This document shows, piece after piece, positions 19,276 through 29,013 of a DNA stretch of 64,000 nt. The position numbers and the translations under genes were made by a program. Under the pieces are notes generated by a model that saw only the letters and a program-made list of their open reading frames with translations, searched no databases and was not told the DNA's origin. This stretch comes from Acidobacteriota bacterium (lineage in GTDB: Bacteria > Acidobacteriota > UBA890 > WLXD01): the NCBI GenBank assembly GCA_965248695.1, contig CBDFKD010000002.1, positions 4,864,001 through 4,928,000 on the forward strand. The letters run 5' to 3'. The first letter of the stretch is position 1. Each line of letters begins with the position of its first letter.

Positions 19276-19822
19276 TGGCCTGTAGCAGATGAACGTTGCC
19301 TATCGTGGTGGCGAAATGGGCTCGGATGCCAGGCGCGACGACGAGACGATGTTGGCCCATCTTCGAGGAGGAGCAACGCCGCAGACGGGCCGATTTCACC
19401 GCCATCCTACGGACAGATCGGCAGTTGCGGGCGATATCGGCGTTGCACCTCGTCGACGATGCCCAGCAGGCCGTGGTGAGAGTGTGATGGGTCTGGCAAG
19501 TGGGACTTACGGGCGAGGGCAAGGATCGACGACGAGGCGATGCTGGCGTCATCGTGCAGGAGGAGAGACGCCGTCATCGCCCGTAACTCCCACTTGCCCG
19601 AAGGGTTATGCCGCCAAGGGTGCATCTCCAGCGTTGCCGCCCCTGGATGATGCGCACAGGCATCACCAGCGGCGCGGCGCCTTGGATCTGCGCCCTTGGC
19701 GGCACAACCAGACCCATCACACTCTCACCACGGCCTGCTCACATCGCCGTCCTCGCCGCGCCTTGATCTCACCCGCAAATCCCATCTGCGATAGGCAACG
19801 TTCATCTGTTACAGGCCACTAG
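19272..19822. mobile_element. non-coding MITE-like element, outer unit (34-bp TIRs including CTAG)
   Basis: 19272-19305 and the reverse complement of 19789-19822 match 33/34; no transposase; two internal inverted hairpins. Confidence 0.85.
19465..19739. mobile_element. nested inner MITE-like unit (perfect 32-bp TIRs)
   Basis: AGCAGGCCGTGGTGAGAGTGTGATGGGTCTGG (19465-19496) is the exact reverse complement of 19708-19739; two internal hairpins separated by CCC-GAA-GGG. Confidence 0.85.
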
Positions 19823-19850
19823 GGGCCTGTAGCGTGGACTGAAGGTTTCC

Positions 19851-21152
19851 GTGAATCGCTGGAATCTCGAGCCCACGGCGAAGCTGCACGGCCGGATCGT
19901 GGTGCCCGGCGACAAGTCGATCGCCCACCGCGCCCTGATGCTGGCGGCGGTGGCGGCTGGTACGACCGAGATCGACGGGGTGCCGCGCGGTGAAGATGTA
20001 CGTTCGACGGCCGCGTGCTTGCGGCACCTCGGGATCGACGTCGACGATGCTCACCCCGACGGCGCGACGCGAGTCCGCGGAGCCGGGATCGACGGCCTCA
20101 GGGAGGCTTCGGCCGCGCTCCCGTGCGGCAACAGTGGCACCGCCATGCGGTTGCTCGCCGGGCTGGTTGCCGGCTGCTCGTTCCGTACGATCCTCGACGG
20201 CGACCGGTCGCTGCGCAGCCGACCCATGGAGCGTATCGCGGAGCCCTTGCGGGCGATGGGCGCGACCGTTACCACGCGCGATGGTGGTCGGCCACCGATC
20301 ACGGTCGCGGGAACTCAGCTGCGGGCGGTTACGTATCGGACGCCGGTGCCCTCAGCGCAAGTGAAATCGTGCGTCTTGCTTGCCGCCCTGCGCGCCGACG
20401 GTGACACCGTGGTGCACGAGGAGCGCCCGTCGCGGGATCACACCGAGCGCATGTTGGCATCGATGGGGGCGCAGATTGCCGGCGGGGCGGCGGACGGTGG
20501 CGTGACACTGCGGCCGCGGCCGCAGCTCCGGCCGCTGAGAGGCCGCGTACCAGGTGACGTTTCGTCGGCGGCGTACTGGGTTGCGGCGGCCGGCGTTGCC
20601 GATCGCGCCGAGCTGGAGCTGCCGGGTGTCGGCATCAACCCGACCCGTTCGGCGGTGCTCGACGTACTCCGCGATTGGGGTGCCGACATCGACATCGAGC
20701 CAGGGGCGGACTGGCACGGAGAACCGTGCGCGACGATTCGGGCGCGAGGCGGGGCGACGCTGCGAGGCGGAGCCATCGACGGCCGCTCAGTGACCGCTCT
20801 GATCGACGAGTTGCCGCTGCTGGCCCTCCTCGGACCGCTGACCCGCGAGGGCGTTGAGATCCGCGGCGCGGCGGAGCTAAGGGTCAAGGAGAGCGACCGC
20901 ATTGCGGCGGTGTGTGCGGCGCTACGTGCACTCGGCGTCGAGGTTGACGAGTTTCCTGACGGCCTGGCCGTGCGGGGCCGTCAGGGCCTGACCGGTGGCA
21001 GCGTCGACGCCTGTGGTGATCATCGCATCGCGCTCGCGACCGCGGCGGTATCCGGCGCGGCGAGCGGCCCCGTCCAGGTCGTTGGCGCCGACGCGGCAGC
21101 GGTGTCGTACCCGGGCTTCCGCGAGCAGCTCGAATCGGCGAGTCGGCGGTGA
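19851..21152 (+). CDS. aroA: 3-phosphoshikimate 1-carboxyvinyltransferase
   Basis: PGDKSIAHR, GNSGT, SAQVKS, RDHTE, LRVKESDR, DHRIA. Confidence 0.96.
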   Translation: MNRWNLEPTAKLHGRIVVPGDKSIAHRALMLAAVAAGTTEIDGVPRGEDVRSTAACLRHLGIDVDDAHPDGATRVRGAGIDGLREASAALPCGNSGTAMRLLAGLVAGCSFRTILDGDRSLRSRPMERIAEPLRAMGATVTTRDGGRPPITVAGTQLRAVTYRTPVPSAQVKSCVLLAALRADGDTVVHEERPSRDHTERMLASMGAQIAGGAADGGVTLRPRPQLRPLRGRVPGDVSSAAYWVAAAGVADRAELELPGVGINPTRSAVLDVLRDWGADIDIEPGADWHGEPCATIRARGGATLRGGAIDGRSVTALIDELPLLALLGPLTREGVEIRGAAELRVKESDRIAAVCAALRALGVEVDEFPDGLAVRGRQGLTGGSVDACGDHRIALATAAVSGAASGPVQVVGADAAAVSYPGFREQLESASRR

Positions 21153-21709
21153 CCCTCGACCCCACGGCTCACCTAGCGCCGCTGGATTGCGTCGCGGGCG
21201 ACAAGCTCCAGGTCCATCTGGTGGGCTTCATGGGATGCGGCAAGAGCACCGTGGGTTCGCTGCTCGCCCGACGGTTGCTGTGGAACTTCCTCGATCTCGA
21301 TGCGCTGATCGTGAGGCACGTCGGTCGGCCGATCGCGGAGATCTTCGCGCAGGACGGCGAAGACAGCTTCCGCCTGGCGGAGACTTTCGTCCTCCGCCAG
21401 GCGGTGCAGAAGCCTCGTACGGTGGTTGCCCTGGGTGGTGGGGCGTACGTGGCGGACGAGAACCGCGAGCTGTCGATTCGCAGCGCTGCGTCGGTATGGC
21501 TCCGGTGTGACTTCGGCGAGCTTCGACGCCGGGTCGATGCGGCCGGCGATCGGGCCCCGGGGGCACGGCCGCTGTGGGGCGATCCGGAGGAGGCCCGCGC
21601 GTTGCTCGCGCGCCGTGAGCCGGTCTACGCCGAGGCAGACTGGATCGTGGACTCAGACGTGCCGCCCGACGATGTGGCGGCCAACATCGAGGCGTTGCTA
21701 CGCGCCTGA
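21149..21709 (+). CDS. aroK: shikimate kinase
   Basis: GFMGCGKST Walker A, DLD, GEDSFR, ALGGG. Confidence 0.94.
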   Translation: MTLDPTAHLAPLDCVAGDKLQVHLVGFMGCGKSTVGSLLARRLLWNFLDLDALIVRHVGRPIAEIFAQDGEDSFRLAETFVLRQAVQKPRTVVALGGGAYVADENRELSIRSAASVWLRCDFGELRRRVDAAGDRAPGARPLWGDPEEARALLARREPVYAEADWIVDSDVPPDDVAANIEALLRA

Positions 21710-21710
21710 T

Positions 21711-23168
21711 TCAGTAGGACTTGGCGAACAGCGCCACGTGCTTTGCAGGCTCGCCGCTGTAGAAGCACGGGCCGCTGGGTTCCTCATCCAGCAACAAGCA
21801 GCGAATGGTCGCCGAGGTCTCGTCTTTGATGCGGGCTTCGAGCTCGGGGTCGCCGCACCAGTTGACTTTCAGGAATCCACGCCGGCCGGACATGATCTCG
21901 CGGAAGGCATCGTAGTCTTCGACGATGTGGGTGTTGTCGGCGGTGAACCTGCGAGCCGACTCCAACATCGAAGTCTGAACTTCGTCCAGCAACGTGGCGG
22001 CGGTCGAGGGCGCATGATCCACGGGTACGAAGCTCTTCTCTCTCGTGTCGCGACGAACCAGGACGGTTTGCCCCTTGGCGACATCGCGCGGCCCGACCTC
22101 GGCGCGGAGCGGCACCCCGCGCATCTCCCACTCGTTGTATTTCCAACCCGGCGTGTGCTCGTCGCGGTCGTCCAGATACACTCGCAGCCCGGCGGTGACC
22201 AGTAGATCGCGCAGCGCCGCGGCCGCCGGTAGCACCTCCTCTTCGTAGTTGCCTGCCCGGATCGGGACGATCACGACGTGGTAGGGAGCCACCCGTGGCG
22301 GCAGCTGCAGCCCGTTGTCGTCGCCGTGCGTCATGATGAGCGCGCCGATCGTTCGGGTGGTCATGCCCCATGAGGTACTCCAGGCGTATTGCAGCTCCTG
22401 GTTCTGATCCTCGAACCGGATGTCGAACGCCTTGGCGAAGCTCTGGCCCAGGTTGTGCGAGGTGCCGGCCTGCAGGGCGCGCCCGTCCGACATCAACGCC
22501 TCGACCGTGTACGTGCGATCGGCGCCGGCGAACTTCTCGCGGTCGGTCTTGATGCCCGGTATCGCAGGGATGGCGAGATCCTCCTCCAGGAAGGCGCGGT
22601 AGACGCCCAGCATCTTCAGCGTCTCCTCCTGGGCCTCCTCTTCGGTTGCGTGAGCAGTATGGCCTTCTTGCCAAAGGAACTCGGTCGTCCGCAGAAAGAA
22701 CCGTGTGACCTTCTCCCAACGCACCACGTTGGCCCATTGATTGATCAGCACCGGCAGATCACGCCAGGATTGCACCCACTTGCTGTACATACTGCAGATG
22801 ATTGCCTCAGAGGTGGGTCGGATTGCCAGGCGCTCTTCGAGCTCGTCGTCGCCTCCGTGAGTCACCCAGGCGACCTCGGGCGCGAAGCCCTCCACGTGCT
22901 CGGCCTCCTTCTTGAGGAGGCTCTCGGGGATGAGGAGGGGAAAGTAGGCGTTTTGGTGCCCTGTCGCCTTGATGCGCGCGTCGAGCAGATCGCGAGCGTT
23001 CTCCCACAGGGCGTAGCCGTAGGGGCGAATGACCATGCAACCCTTCACCGGGGTGTAGTCGGCGAGCTCGGCGCGACGTACGACGTCCGTGTACCAGCGG
23101 GAGAAGTCCTTGGACTTCGGCGTGATCTCGGTCACGAACGAGTCGTCAGCGGTTCGATCTTTGGCCAT
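21711..23168 (-). CDS. proS: proline--tRNA ligase (archaeal/eukaryotic-like family, no INS editing domain)
   Basis: RPTSE, QWANVVRWE, FLRTTEFLWQEGHT, QAGTSHNLGQ, C-terminal LFAKSY. Confidence 0.96.
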   Translation of the reverse strand: MAKDRTADDSFVTEITPKSKDFSRWYTDVVRRAELADYTPVKGCMVIRPYGYALWENARDLLDARIKATGHQNAYFPLLIPESLLKKEAEHVEGFAPEVAWVTHGGDDELEERLAIRPTSEAIICSMYSKWVQSWRDLPVLINQWANVVRWEKVTRFFLRTTEFLWQEGHTAHATEEEAQEETLKMLGVYRAFLEEDLAIPAIPGIKTDREKFAGADRTYTVEALMSDGRALQAGTSHNLGQSFAKAFDIRFEDQNQELQYAWSTSWGMTTRTIGALIMTHGDDNGLQLPPRVAPYHVVIVPIRAGNYEEEVLPAAAALRDLLVTAGLRVYLDDRDEHTPGWKYNEWEMRGVPLRAEVGPRDVAKGQTVLVRRDTREKSFVPVDHAPSTAATLLDEVQTSMLESARRFTADNTHIVEDYDAFREIMSGRRGFLKVNWCGDPELEARIKDETSATIRCLLLDEEPSGPCFYSGEPAKHVALFAKSY

Positions 23169-23432
23169 GCTTCGGAATGCCTGCGTGGGAGAGGGGGTCT
23201 GGGGCGGCGGAACGGCAAGCTAGCACGCACCTCCGAGGCGCGCAAACGTCGCCGAGGACGGCGAAAACGCCTGTCGTAAGGGGCTTTCACGGCCCTCGGG
23301 TGGACGGCATCGGCGCCGCCGGCGGGGGCCTGCCGCGGGGCCGGGAAATCGCCGTCCGTTGGCCGTCTCCTGGTAGCGGGCGCGGTGAGGTCACGGCGTC
23401 TGCGAAGCGAAACAGCAACTCGGGGGGAAAGC

Positions 23433-23801
23433 ATGATCTTCGGATTGGTTGGCTTGGCCGCGATCGCGATCGCGGCTCCGACTACGGCGCTGGGCATCGA
23501 CCTGCTGCCGCCGGCGCTCGACAGGTCGGCTGCCTGGCAACAGGCCGATACGCAGCACCTTGGTCGGCATCAAGAGGTGCCGGCGGAACCGGTTGACGTG
23601 AACCGCGCCGATGAGGAGCAGCTACAAACGGTTCCGGGAATCGGTCCTGCAACGGCGCGGCGGATCATCGACTGGCGTACCGAACACGGCTCGTTTGAGC
23701 GACTCGAGGACCTGCTCAATGTTCGCGGTATCGGCGTCACGACGTTGGAGAAGCTGCGTCCCTACGTGACGGTCGGCGCGAAGGACACGTCGCGGGCGTG
23801 A
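23433..23801 (+). CDS. comEA: ComEA family DNA-binding helix-hairpin-helix protein
   Basis: signal peptide; VDVNRA..LQTVPGIGPATARRII..G.F..LEDLLNVRGIG. Confidence 0.88.
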   Translation: MIFGLVGLAAIAIAAPTTALGIDLLPPALDRSAAWQQADTQHLGRHQEVPAEPVDVNRADEEQLQTVPGIGPATARRIIDWRTEHGSFERLEDLLNVRGIGVTTLEKLRPYVTVGAKDTSRA

Positions 23802-24394
23802 GACCGGATCGCGCTCGTCGCAATGCCGGCAGCTCGATCATCGAGGCGGTGGTCGTGTTGGCGGTGTTCGGGATCGTCGTGCAGGCGGTGGCGCCAGCGT
23901 TCGTGCGCTGGCGCCAAGCGCGTCGCCTGGAAGCCGCGGCCGAGGAGTTGGTGCTCTTCGCGGCGGGGCTGCGGACGGCCGCGGCCGCCGCAGGAGCCTC
24001 CCGTGGCTTGGCGTTCGACGCCGACGGCGGCGCGGTCGAGTGGACGCCGGTCGCCGACGGCGATGGCGACGGTCTCCGCCGCGCCGATCTGCGGGCGGGG
24101 CGCGATGTCGTCATCGGCCCGTCGCGCGACGTGACCGCCAACTATCCCGGCGTGATCGCCGGTCTACCGCCGGGTGTGCGCACACCGAGCGGTGGAACGC
24201 CGCCCGCTGATGGTGTTGCCTTCGGACGCGGCGACCTGTTGTCGCTTTCCGCCGACGGCACCGCCACGTCCGGCAGCCTCTACCTGCACAACCGGTTCGG
24301 TGACGCGGTTGCCGTTCGAGTGTACGGTGGCACGGCGCGCTTTTCGATTTGGCGCCGCCGAGCCGAAGACCGGGTCTGGCGCCGGCGCTGGTAG
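23798..24394 (+). CDS. FimT/GspH-like prepilin (minor pilin or pseudopilin)
   Basis: class III signal RRNAG/SSIIEAVVVL with Glu at +5; C-terminal GTATSGSLYL; coupled to comEA. Confidence 0.75.
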   Translation: MRPDRARRNAGSSIIEAVVVLAVFGIVVQAVAPAFVRWRQARRLEAAAEELVLFAAGLRTAAAAAGASRGLAFDADGGAVEWTPVADGDGDGLRRADLRAGRDVVIGPSRDVTANYPGVIAGLPPGVRTPSGGTPPADGVAFGRGDLLSLSADGTATSGSLYLHNRFGDAVAVRVYGGTARFSIWRRRAEDRVWRRRW

Positions 24395-24543
24395 CCGTTT
24401 CGCGCCGCCGGGGGCGCCCCAGCCTGGCGTTGCCAGTCCGGTGCCCAGAGGCCGACCAGCGGCCCGCAGCTATGGTAGCGTCATTCGTTGCGTTATCGCC
24501 GGGCGCCGTAGAGACCCACTCTCCGGGTCGTAGAGGACGTGCA

Positions 24544-25638
24544 TTGTCGGAGCCGTTGAGAACACCGTTACACGCCTGGCACGTCCGGCGCGGTGGGCGA
24601 ATGGTCGACTTCGCCGGCTGGCACATGCCGGTGCAGTTCAGTGGGCTGGTGGAGGAGCATATTGCCGTCCGGGAGCGCGCCGGCCTGTTCGATGTCAGCC
24701 ACATGGGCGAGATTCGACTCCGCGGCCGCGATGCGCTCGACAACGTGCAGAGATTGACCACCAACGACGCCGCTGCACTCCAGATCGGTCAGGCGCACTA
24801 CACCGCAATGACGCGCGAATCAGGCGGCATGGTGGACGACCTGCTGGTGTACCGAATGGCCGAGGACGACTACTTCCTGGTCGTCAATGCGGGCACCAAG
24901 GACAAGGACTATGCCTGGATCGAAGGCCATCTGGAAGGCGAGGTCGAGGCGGTCGATGAAAGCTCGCAATGGGCCCAGCTGGCGCTGCAAGGGCCACGAA
25001 GCGAGGCCATATTGGCGCGAGTCGTCGACGCGGACCTCCCGTCGATTCGCTATTACCGGTTCGCGATGGCGGAGGTTGGTGGCAACGCAGCGATCGTCTC
25101 GCGCACCGGCTATACGGGAGAGGATGGATTCGAGATCTATGTCGCACCGCAGAGGGCGGAAACACTGGCCGACGACCTGATGCAGGCCGGCGCGGAGGAC
25201 GGCATCGTGCCGGTTGGGCTCGGTGCCCGCGACACGCTGCGTCTCGAGGCGGGCATGCTGCTGTACGGCAGCGATATGGACGATTCGCGGACACCGGTGG
25301 AAGCCGGTATCGGCTGGGTGGTGAAGCCGGACAAGGGTGATTTCGTCGGCCGCCGGGTGCTGGTCGAACAACTCGCTGCGGGCACCGTCGAACGCGTCGT
25401 CGGCCTGGAGATCCCTGCCCGAGGGATCCCGCGGCACGGCTACCCGGTGCTCAACGCCGCCGGCGATTCGATCGGCGTCGTGACCTCGGGCACTTTCAGC
25501 CCGACACTGCGGAAGGGGATCGGCTTCGCCAGCGTCACGTCGGAGCATGCCAGCATCGGTGCCGAGGTGGCGGTCGAGATTCGTGGTCGGGCGACCCCGG
25601 CCACCGTGGTGAAGATCCCTTTTTACCGAAGACAGTAG
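24544..25638 (+). CDS. gcvT: glycine cleavage aminomethyltransferase T
   Basis: FAGWHMP, FDVSHMGE, SRTGYTGEDGFE, GLGARDTLRLEAG; TTG start with GAGGA RBS. Confidence 0.96.
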   Translation: MSEPLRTPLHAWHVRRGGRMVDFAGWHMPVQFSGLVEEHIAVRERAGLFDVSHMGEIRLRGRDALDNVQRLTTNDAAALQIGQAHYTAMTRESGGMVDDLLVYRMAEDDYFLVVNAGTKDKDYAWIEGHLEGEVEAVDESSQWAQLALQGPRSEAILARVVDADLPSIRYYRFAMAEVGGNAAIVSRTGYTGEDGFEIYVAPQRAETLADDLMQAGAEDGIVPVGLGARDTLRLEAGMLLYGSDMDDSRTPVEAGIGWVVKPDKGDFVGRRVLVEQLAAGTVERVVGLEIPARGIPRHGYPVLNAAGDSIGVVTSGTFSPTLRKGIGFASVTSEHASIGAEVAVEIRGRATPATVVKIPFYRRQ

Positions 25639-25703
25639 ACCCGTTTCCGCCAGCGGGAAGCGAGCTCGGTCCCGCTGGCTAAACTGGCTGAAAGGATACG
25701 CCC

Positions 25704-26087
25704 ATGGCCGATTATCCGGACACGCACAGGTACAGCACGGATCACGAGTGGATCTCTATCGACGGTGATGTCGGCACCGTCGGGATTACCCACCACGCCC
25801 AGGACGAGCTTGGTGACGTTGTGTTCGTCGAGCTGCCAGAACCGGGCGCGACGTTTGCTCAGGGTGCAGTGTTCGGCATCATCGAATCGGTAAAGGCGGT
25901 ATCCGATCTGTACGCGCCGACAGCCGGTGAGGTGGTCGAGATCAACGAAGTCCTTGTCGACGCCCCCGAGGCCGTCAACGACGATCCGCACGGGGCCGGT
26001 TGGATGATACGGATCCGGCTCGACGATCCATCGTCGGTCGAGTCGCTTATGAGTAGCGCCGACTACCAGCAGCATATCGAGGCGTAG
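25704..26087 (+). CDS. gcvH: glycine cleavage system H protein
   Basis: HEWI, LGDVVFVELP, ESVKAVSD lipoyl lysine motif. Confidence 0.97.
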   Translation: MADYPDTHRYSTDHEWISIDGDVGTVGITHHAQDELGDVVFVELPEPGATFAQGAVFGIIESVKAVSDLYAPTAGEVVEINEVLVDAPEAVNDDPHGAGWMIRIRLDDPSSVESLMSSADYQQHIEA

Positions 26088-26088
26088 C

Positions 26089-27486
26089 GTGAGCGAGACG
26101 TCGCGGGGTGCGGGGCCTGACACTCGCAACGATGTCGGCGGCGGTGGACGCTACCTGTCACTCGGCCGATCGGATCGGGAATCGATGCTGGCGACGATCG
26201 GGATCGAGCACGTCGACGAGCTATTCGCCGATATTCCGACCAGCGTACGTTTCCAGGGAATGCTCGGTCTCGAGCCGGCGCTATCGGAGCTCGAGCTCGT
26301 CGAGCATCTCGAGGAGCTGGCGGCGGCCAACGCGCCGGATGGTCGGCTCCTGAGCTTCCTCGGCGCCGGTTGTAATCCGCACTTCGTTCCCACCCATGTC
26401 GACGCGTTGATCCAGCGCCAGGAATTCCTCACCGCCTATACGCCCTACCAGGCCGAGGTCGGGCAGGGCACCCTGCAAGCGATCTTCGAGTTCCAGAGTC
26501 TCGTCTGCCTGTTGACCGGCATGGACGTTTGCAACGCGTCGGTCTACGACGGCGCCAGCGCTGTTGCCGAGGCAGTGCTGATGGCGCGTCGACTAACGCG
26601 CCGAGGGGGCAGAGTTCTGCTGTCGGAAGGCGTACATCCGGCGTGCCGGGCGGTGGCCCGGACCTACGCCAGGTACCTTGACGACATCGAGTTCGAGGTG
26701 CTGCCGCTCGACGAGCAGGGCCGTACCGTCGTCAGCGACGTCGATGACGATGTGTTCGCCGTGGTGCTGCAGCAACCGAATTTCTTTGGCGTCGTCGAGG
26801 ACCTGCGGCGCGCTGGTGAGCGAGCTGCGGCGGGCGGCGCCAAGTTCGTCGTCAGTACCACCGAGCCGGTGGCATTTGGCTTGGCGATCCCGCCCGCACA
26901 AGCCGGGGCGGACCTTGTCGTCGGTGACCTGCAGAGCTTCGGCAACGGGATGAATTTCGGCGGACCGCTGGTGGGCTTCATGGCATGTCTCGATGCTGAC
27001 AAGCGCAATCTTCCCGGGCGGCTCGCTGGCCGTACCGTCGATGCCGATGGCAAGGAGGGGTATGTCCTCACCCTGTCGACTCGCGAACAGCACATCCGAC
27101 GTGCCCGCGCGACTTCCAACATCTGCACCAACGAGGCGCTCTGTGCGCTGGCCGCCTGCATCCACATGTGCAGCCTGGGGCGCCGCGGGATCACCGACCT
27201 GGCGCAGAACAACCTCGCCAAGGCGACATACGCGCGTGCCCAGCTGGCGGCTCGCGGTGTGCCGACGGTGTACGACGGTCCGCATTTCAACGAGATCGTC
27301 GTGCGCGTAGGCGGTGATGCGGTCGAGGTGGTCGATCGGTGCCTGGCACGCGACGTGATTCCGGGGGTGGCGCTAGGTCGCTTCGACGCCGGACGGGCGG
27401 ACCAGCTGCTCATCTGCGTGACGGAGGTGCACCGCAGGTCGGCGATCGATCGCCTGGCAGACGTCTTGGCCGAGGCGGTGGCATGA
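26089..27486 (+). CDS. gcvPA: glycine dehydrogenase subunit 1
   Basis: YTPYQAEVGQG.LQAIFEFQ, TREQHIRR, TSNICTN. Confidence 0.96.
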   Translation: MSETSRGAGPDTRNDVGGGGRYLSLGRSDRESMLATIGIEHVDELFADIPTSVRFQGMLGLEPALSELELVEHLEELAAANAPDGRLLSFLGAGCNPHFVPTHVDALIQRQEFLTAYTPYQAEVGQGTLQAIFEFQSLVCLLTGMDVCNASVYDGASAVAEAVLMARRLTRRGGRVLLSEGVHPACRAVARTYARYLDDIEFEVLPLDEQGRTVVSDVDDDVFAVVLQQPNFFGVVEDLRRAGERAAAGGAKFVVSTTEPVAFGLAIPPAQAGADLVVGDLQSFGNGMNFGGPLVGFMACLDADKRNLPGRLAGRTVDADGKEGYVLTLSTREQHIRRARATSNICTNEALCALAACIHMCSLGRRGITDLAQNNLAKATYARAQLAARGVPTVYDGPHFNEIVVRVGGDAVEVVDRCLARDVIPGVALGRFDAGRADQLLICVTEVHRRSAIDRLADVLAEAVA

Positions 27487-29009
27487 ACGGCGACGCGACC
27501 GGTTACGACAGCCGGCAGGGGCAGCTCAAACAGGAGCCGCCGATATTCGAACGAGGTGGTGAGGGCCGGGTCGGCTATTCGCTGCCCGCGCTTGACGTAC
27601 CCCGGGTCGATGCGGCGGAAGCGTGGGGCGCGGATCTCGTGCGGGATGCGGTAGACGGGTTCCCCGAGGTTTCCGAGGTGGATGTCGTGCGACACTTCAC
27701 CCGCATCTCGCAGCACAACTACGGCATCGATCTGGGTCTGCACCCACTCGGGTCGTGCACGATGAAATACAACCCGAAGCTGCACGAGCGCGTCGCACGG
27801 CTGCGCGGCTTCGCGGCAGCGCACCCCTACATGCCAGAGGCCGCTTCGCAGGGTGCCCTGGAGCTCATGTGGCGCCTGGAGCGCATCCTTTCGGAGATTA
27901 CCGGACTGCCGCATGTCTCCATGCAGCCGGCAGCGGGCGCTCAGGGCGAGCTTACCGGGATCATGATGATCGCCGCGTACCACCAGAAGCGCGGCGAGGC
28001 GCGGCGCAAGGTACTCATTCCCGATTCGGCGCATGGCACCAACCCGGCCACGGCGAGCCTGTGCGGATTCGATCCCGTCGAGATCCCCAGCAACGAGCGC
28101 GGCACGATCGATCTGGAGGCGTTGCGAGCAGCAGTGGGCGAAGACACTGCGGCTCTGATGTTGACCAATCCGAACACCATGGGGCTGTTCGAGGATCGCA
28201 TCGACGAGATCGCCGACATCGTCCACGCCTCGGGCGGCCTGATCTACTGCGACGGGGCCAACCTGAATGCCATTCTCGGCAAGACGCGACCCGGAGACTT
28301 CGGCGCCGACGTGTTCCACATCAACATGCACAAGACGTTCACCACCCCACACGGTGGTGGCGGCCCGGGCTGTGGCCCGGTGGCGATGTCGGAGTGTCTC
28401 GAGCCCTACCGGCCGCGACCGGTGGTGGTGCGCAACGAAGACGGCAGCTATCGATTCGACGATGACCGCCCTGACAGCATGGGGAAGATCCACGGCTTCT
28501 ACGGCAACTTTGCGATGATGGTGCGCGGCTACGCCTACATCCGGGCGCACGGAGCAGCTGGCCTCCGTCAGATCGCCGAGGACGCCGTCCTCTCGGCCAA
28601 CTATCTGAAGGAGCGTCTCAAGGGGGAGTACGAGTTGCCTCAGGATCGCGCCTGCATGCACGAGGTGGTGTTCTCCGACCGGCGTCAAGAAGAGCACGGT
28701 GTGACCGCGATGGACATCTGCAAGCGGTTGATGGACTACGGCTTCCACCCGCCGACGGTCTATTTCCCGCTGGTGGTGCCCGGAGCGCTGATGATCGAGC
28801 CCACCGAGACGGTGTCCTCGCAAGAGCTCGACGGGTTCGCGGACGCCATGCTCTCGATTGCCCGAGAGGCGCGTGATGACGCGGAGCTGGTGAAGGGCGC
28901 TCCGCACACCACGTACCATCGACGGCTCGACGAAACGCGGGCCGCTCGACAACCCGTACTGCGCTGGAAGCCACAACCGGAGCCCGCGGACGAAAGCGAG
29001 TCGGCTTGA
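27483..29009 (+). CDS. gcvPB: glycine dehydrogenase subunit 2
   Basis: PLGSCTMKYNP, HKTFTTPHGGGGPG PLP motif, MIEPTE. Confidence 0.96.
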   Translation: MNGDATGYDSRQGQLKQEPPIFERGGEGRVGYSLPALDVPRVDAAEAWGADLVRDAVDGFPEVSEVDVVRHFTRISQHNYGIDLGLHPLGSCTMKYNPKLHERVARLRGFAAAHPYMPEAASQGALELMWRLERILSEITGLPHVSMQPAAGAQGELTGIMMIAAYHQKRGEARRKVLIPDSAHGTNPATASLCGFDPVEIPSNERGTIDLEALRAAVGEDTAALMLTNPNTMGLFEDRIDEIADIVHASGGLIYCDGANLNAILGKTRPGDFGADVFHINMHKTFTTPHGGGGPGCGPVAMSECLEPYRPRPVVVRNEDGSYRFDDDRPDSMGKIHGFYGNFAMMVRGYAYIRAHGAAGLRQIAEDAVLSANYLKERLKGEYELPQDRACMHEVVFSDRRQEEHGVTAMDICKRLMDYGFHPPTVYFPLVVPGALMIEPTETVSSQELDGFADAMLSIAREARDDAELVKGAPHTTYHRRLDETRAARQPVLRWKPQPEPADESESA

Positions 29010-29013
29010 GCCG

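Noticed and set aside
19289-19822. 177-aa ORF and smaller ORFs inside the MITE-like element
   Set aside because: No transposase or other motif; explained by palindromic GC-rich non-coding DNA
19272-19822. Possible CRISPR array or tRNA/Rfam RNA
   Set aside because: The repeats are inverted and nested, not direct repeats with unique spacers; no cloverleaf or cas genes
24395-24543. Glycine riboswitch upstream of gcvT
   Set aside because: Conserved GGAGA...CCGAAG...CTCTCAGG aptamer elements were not found; only a short GACCC/GGGTC hairpin
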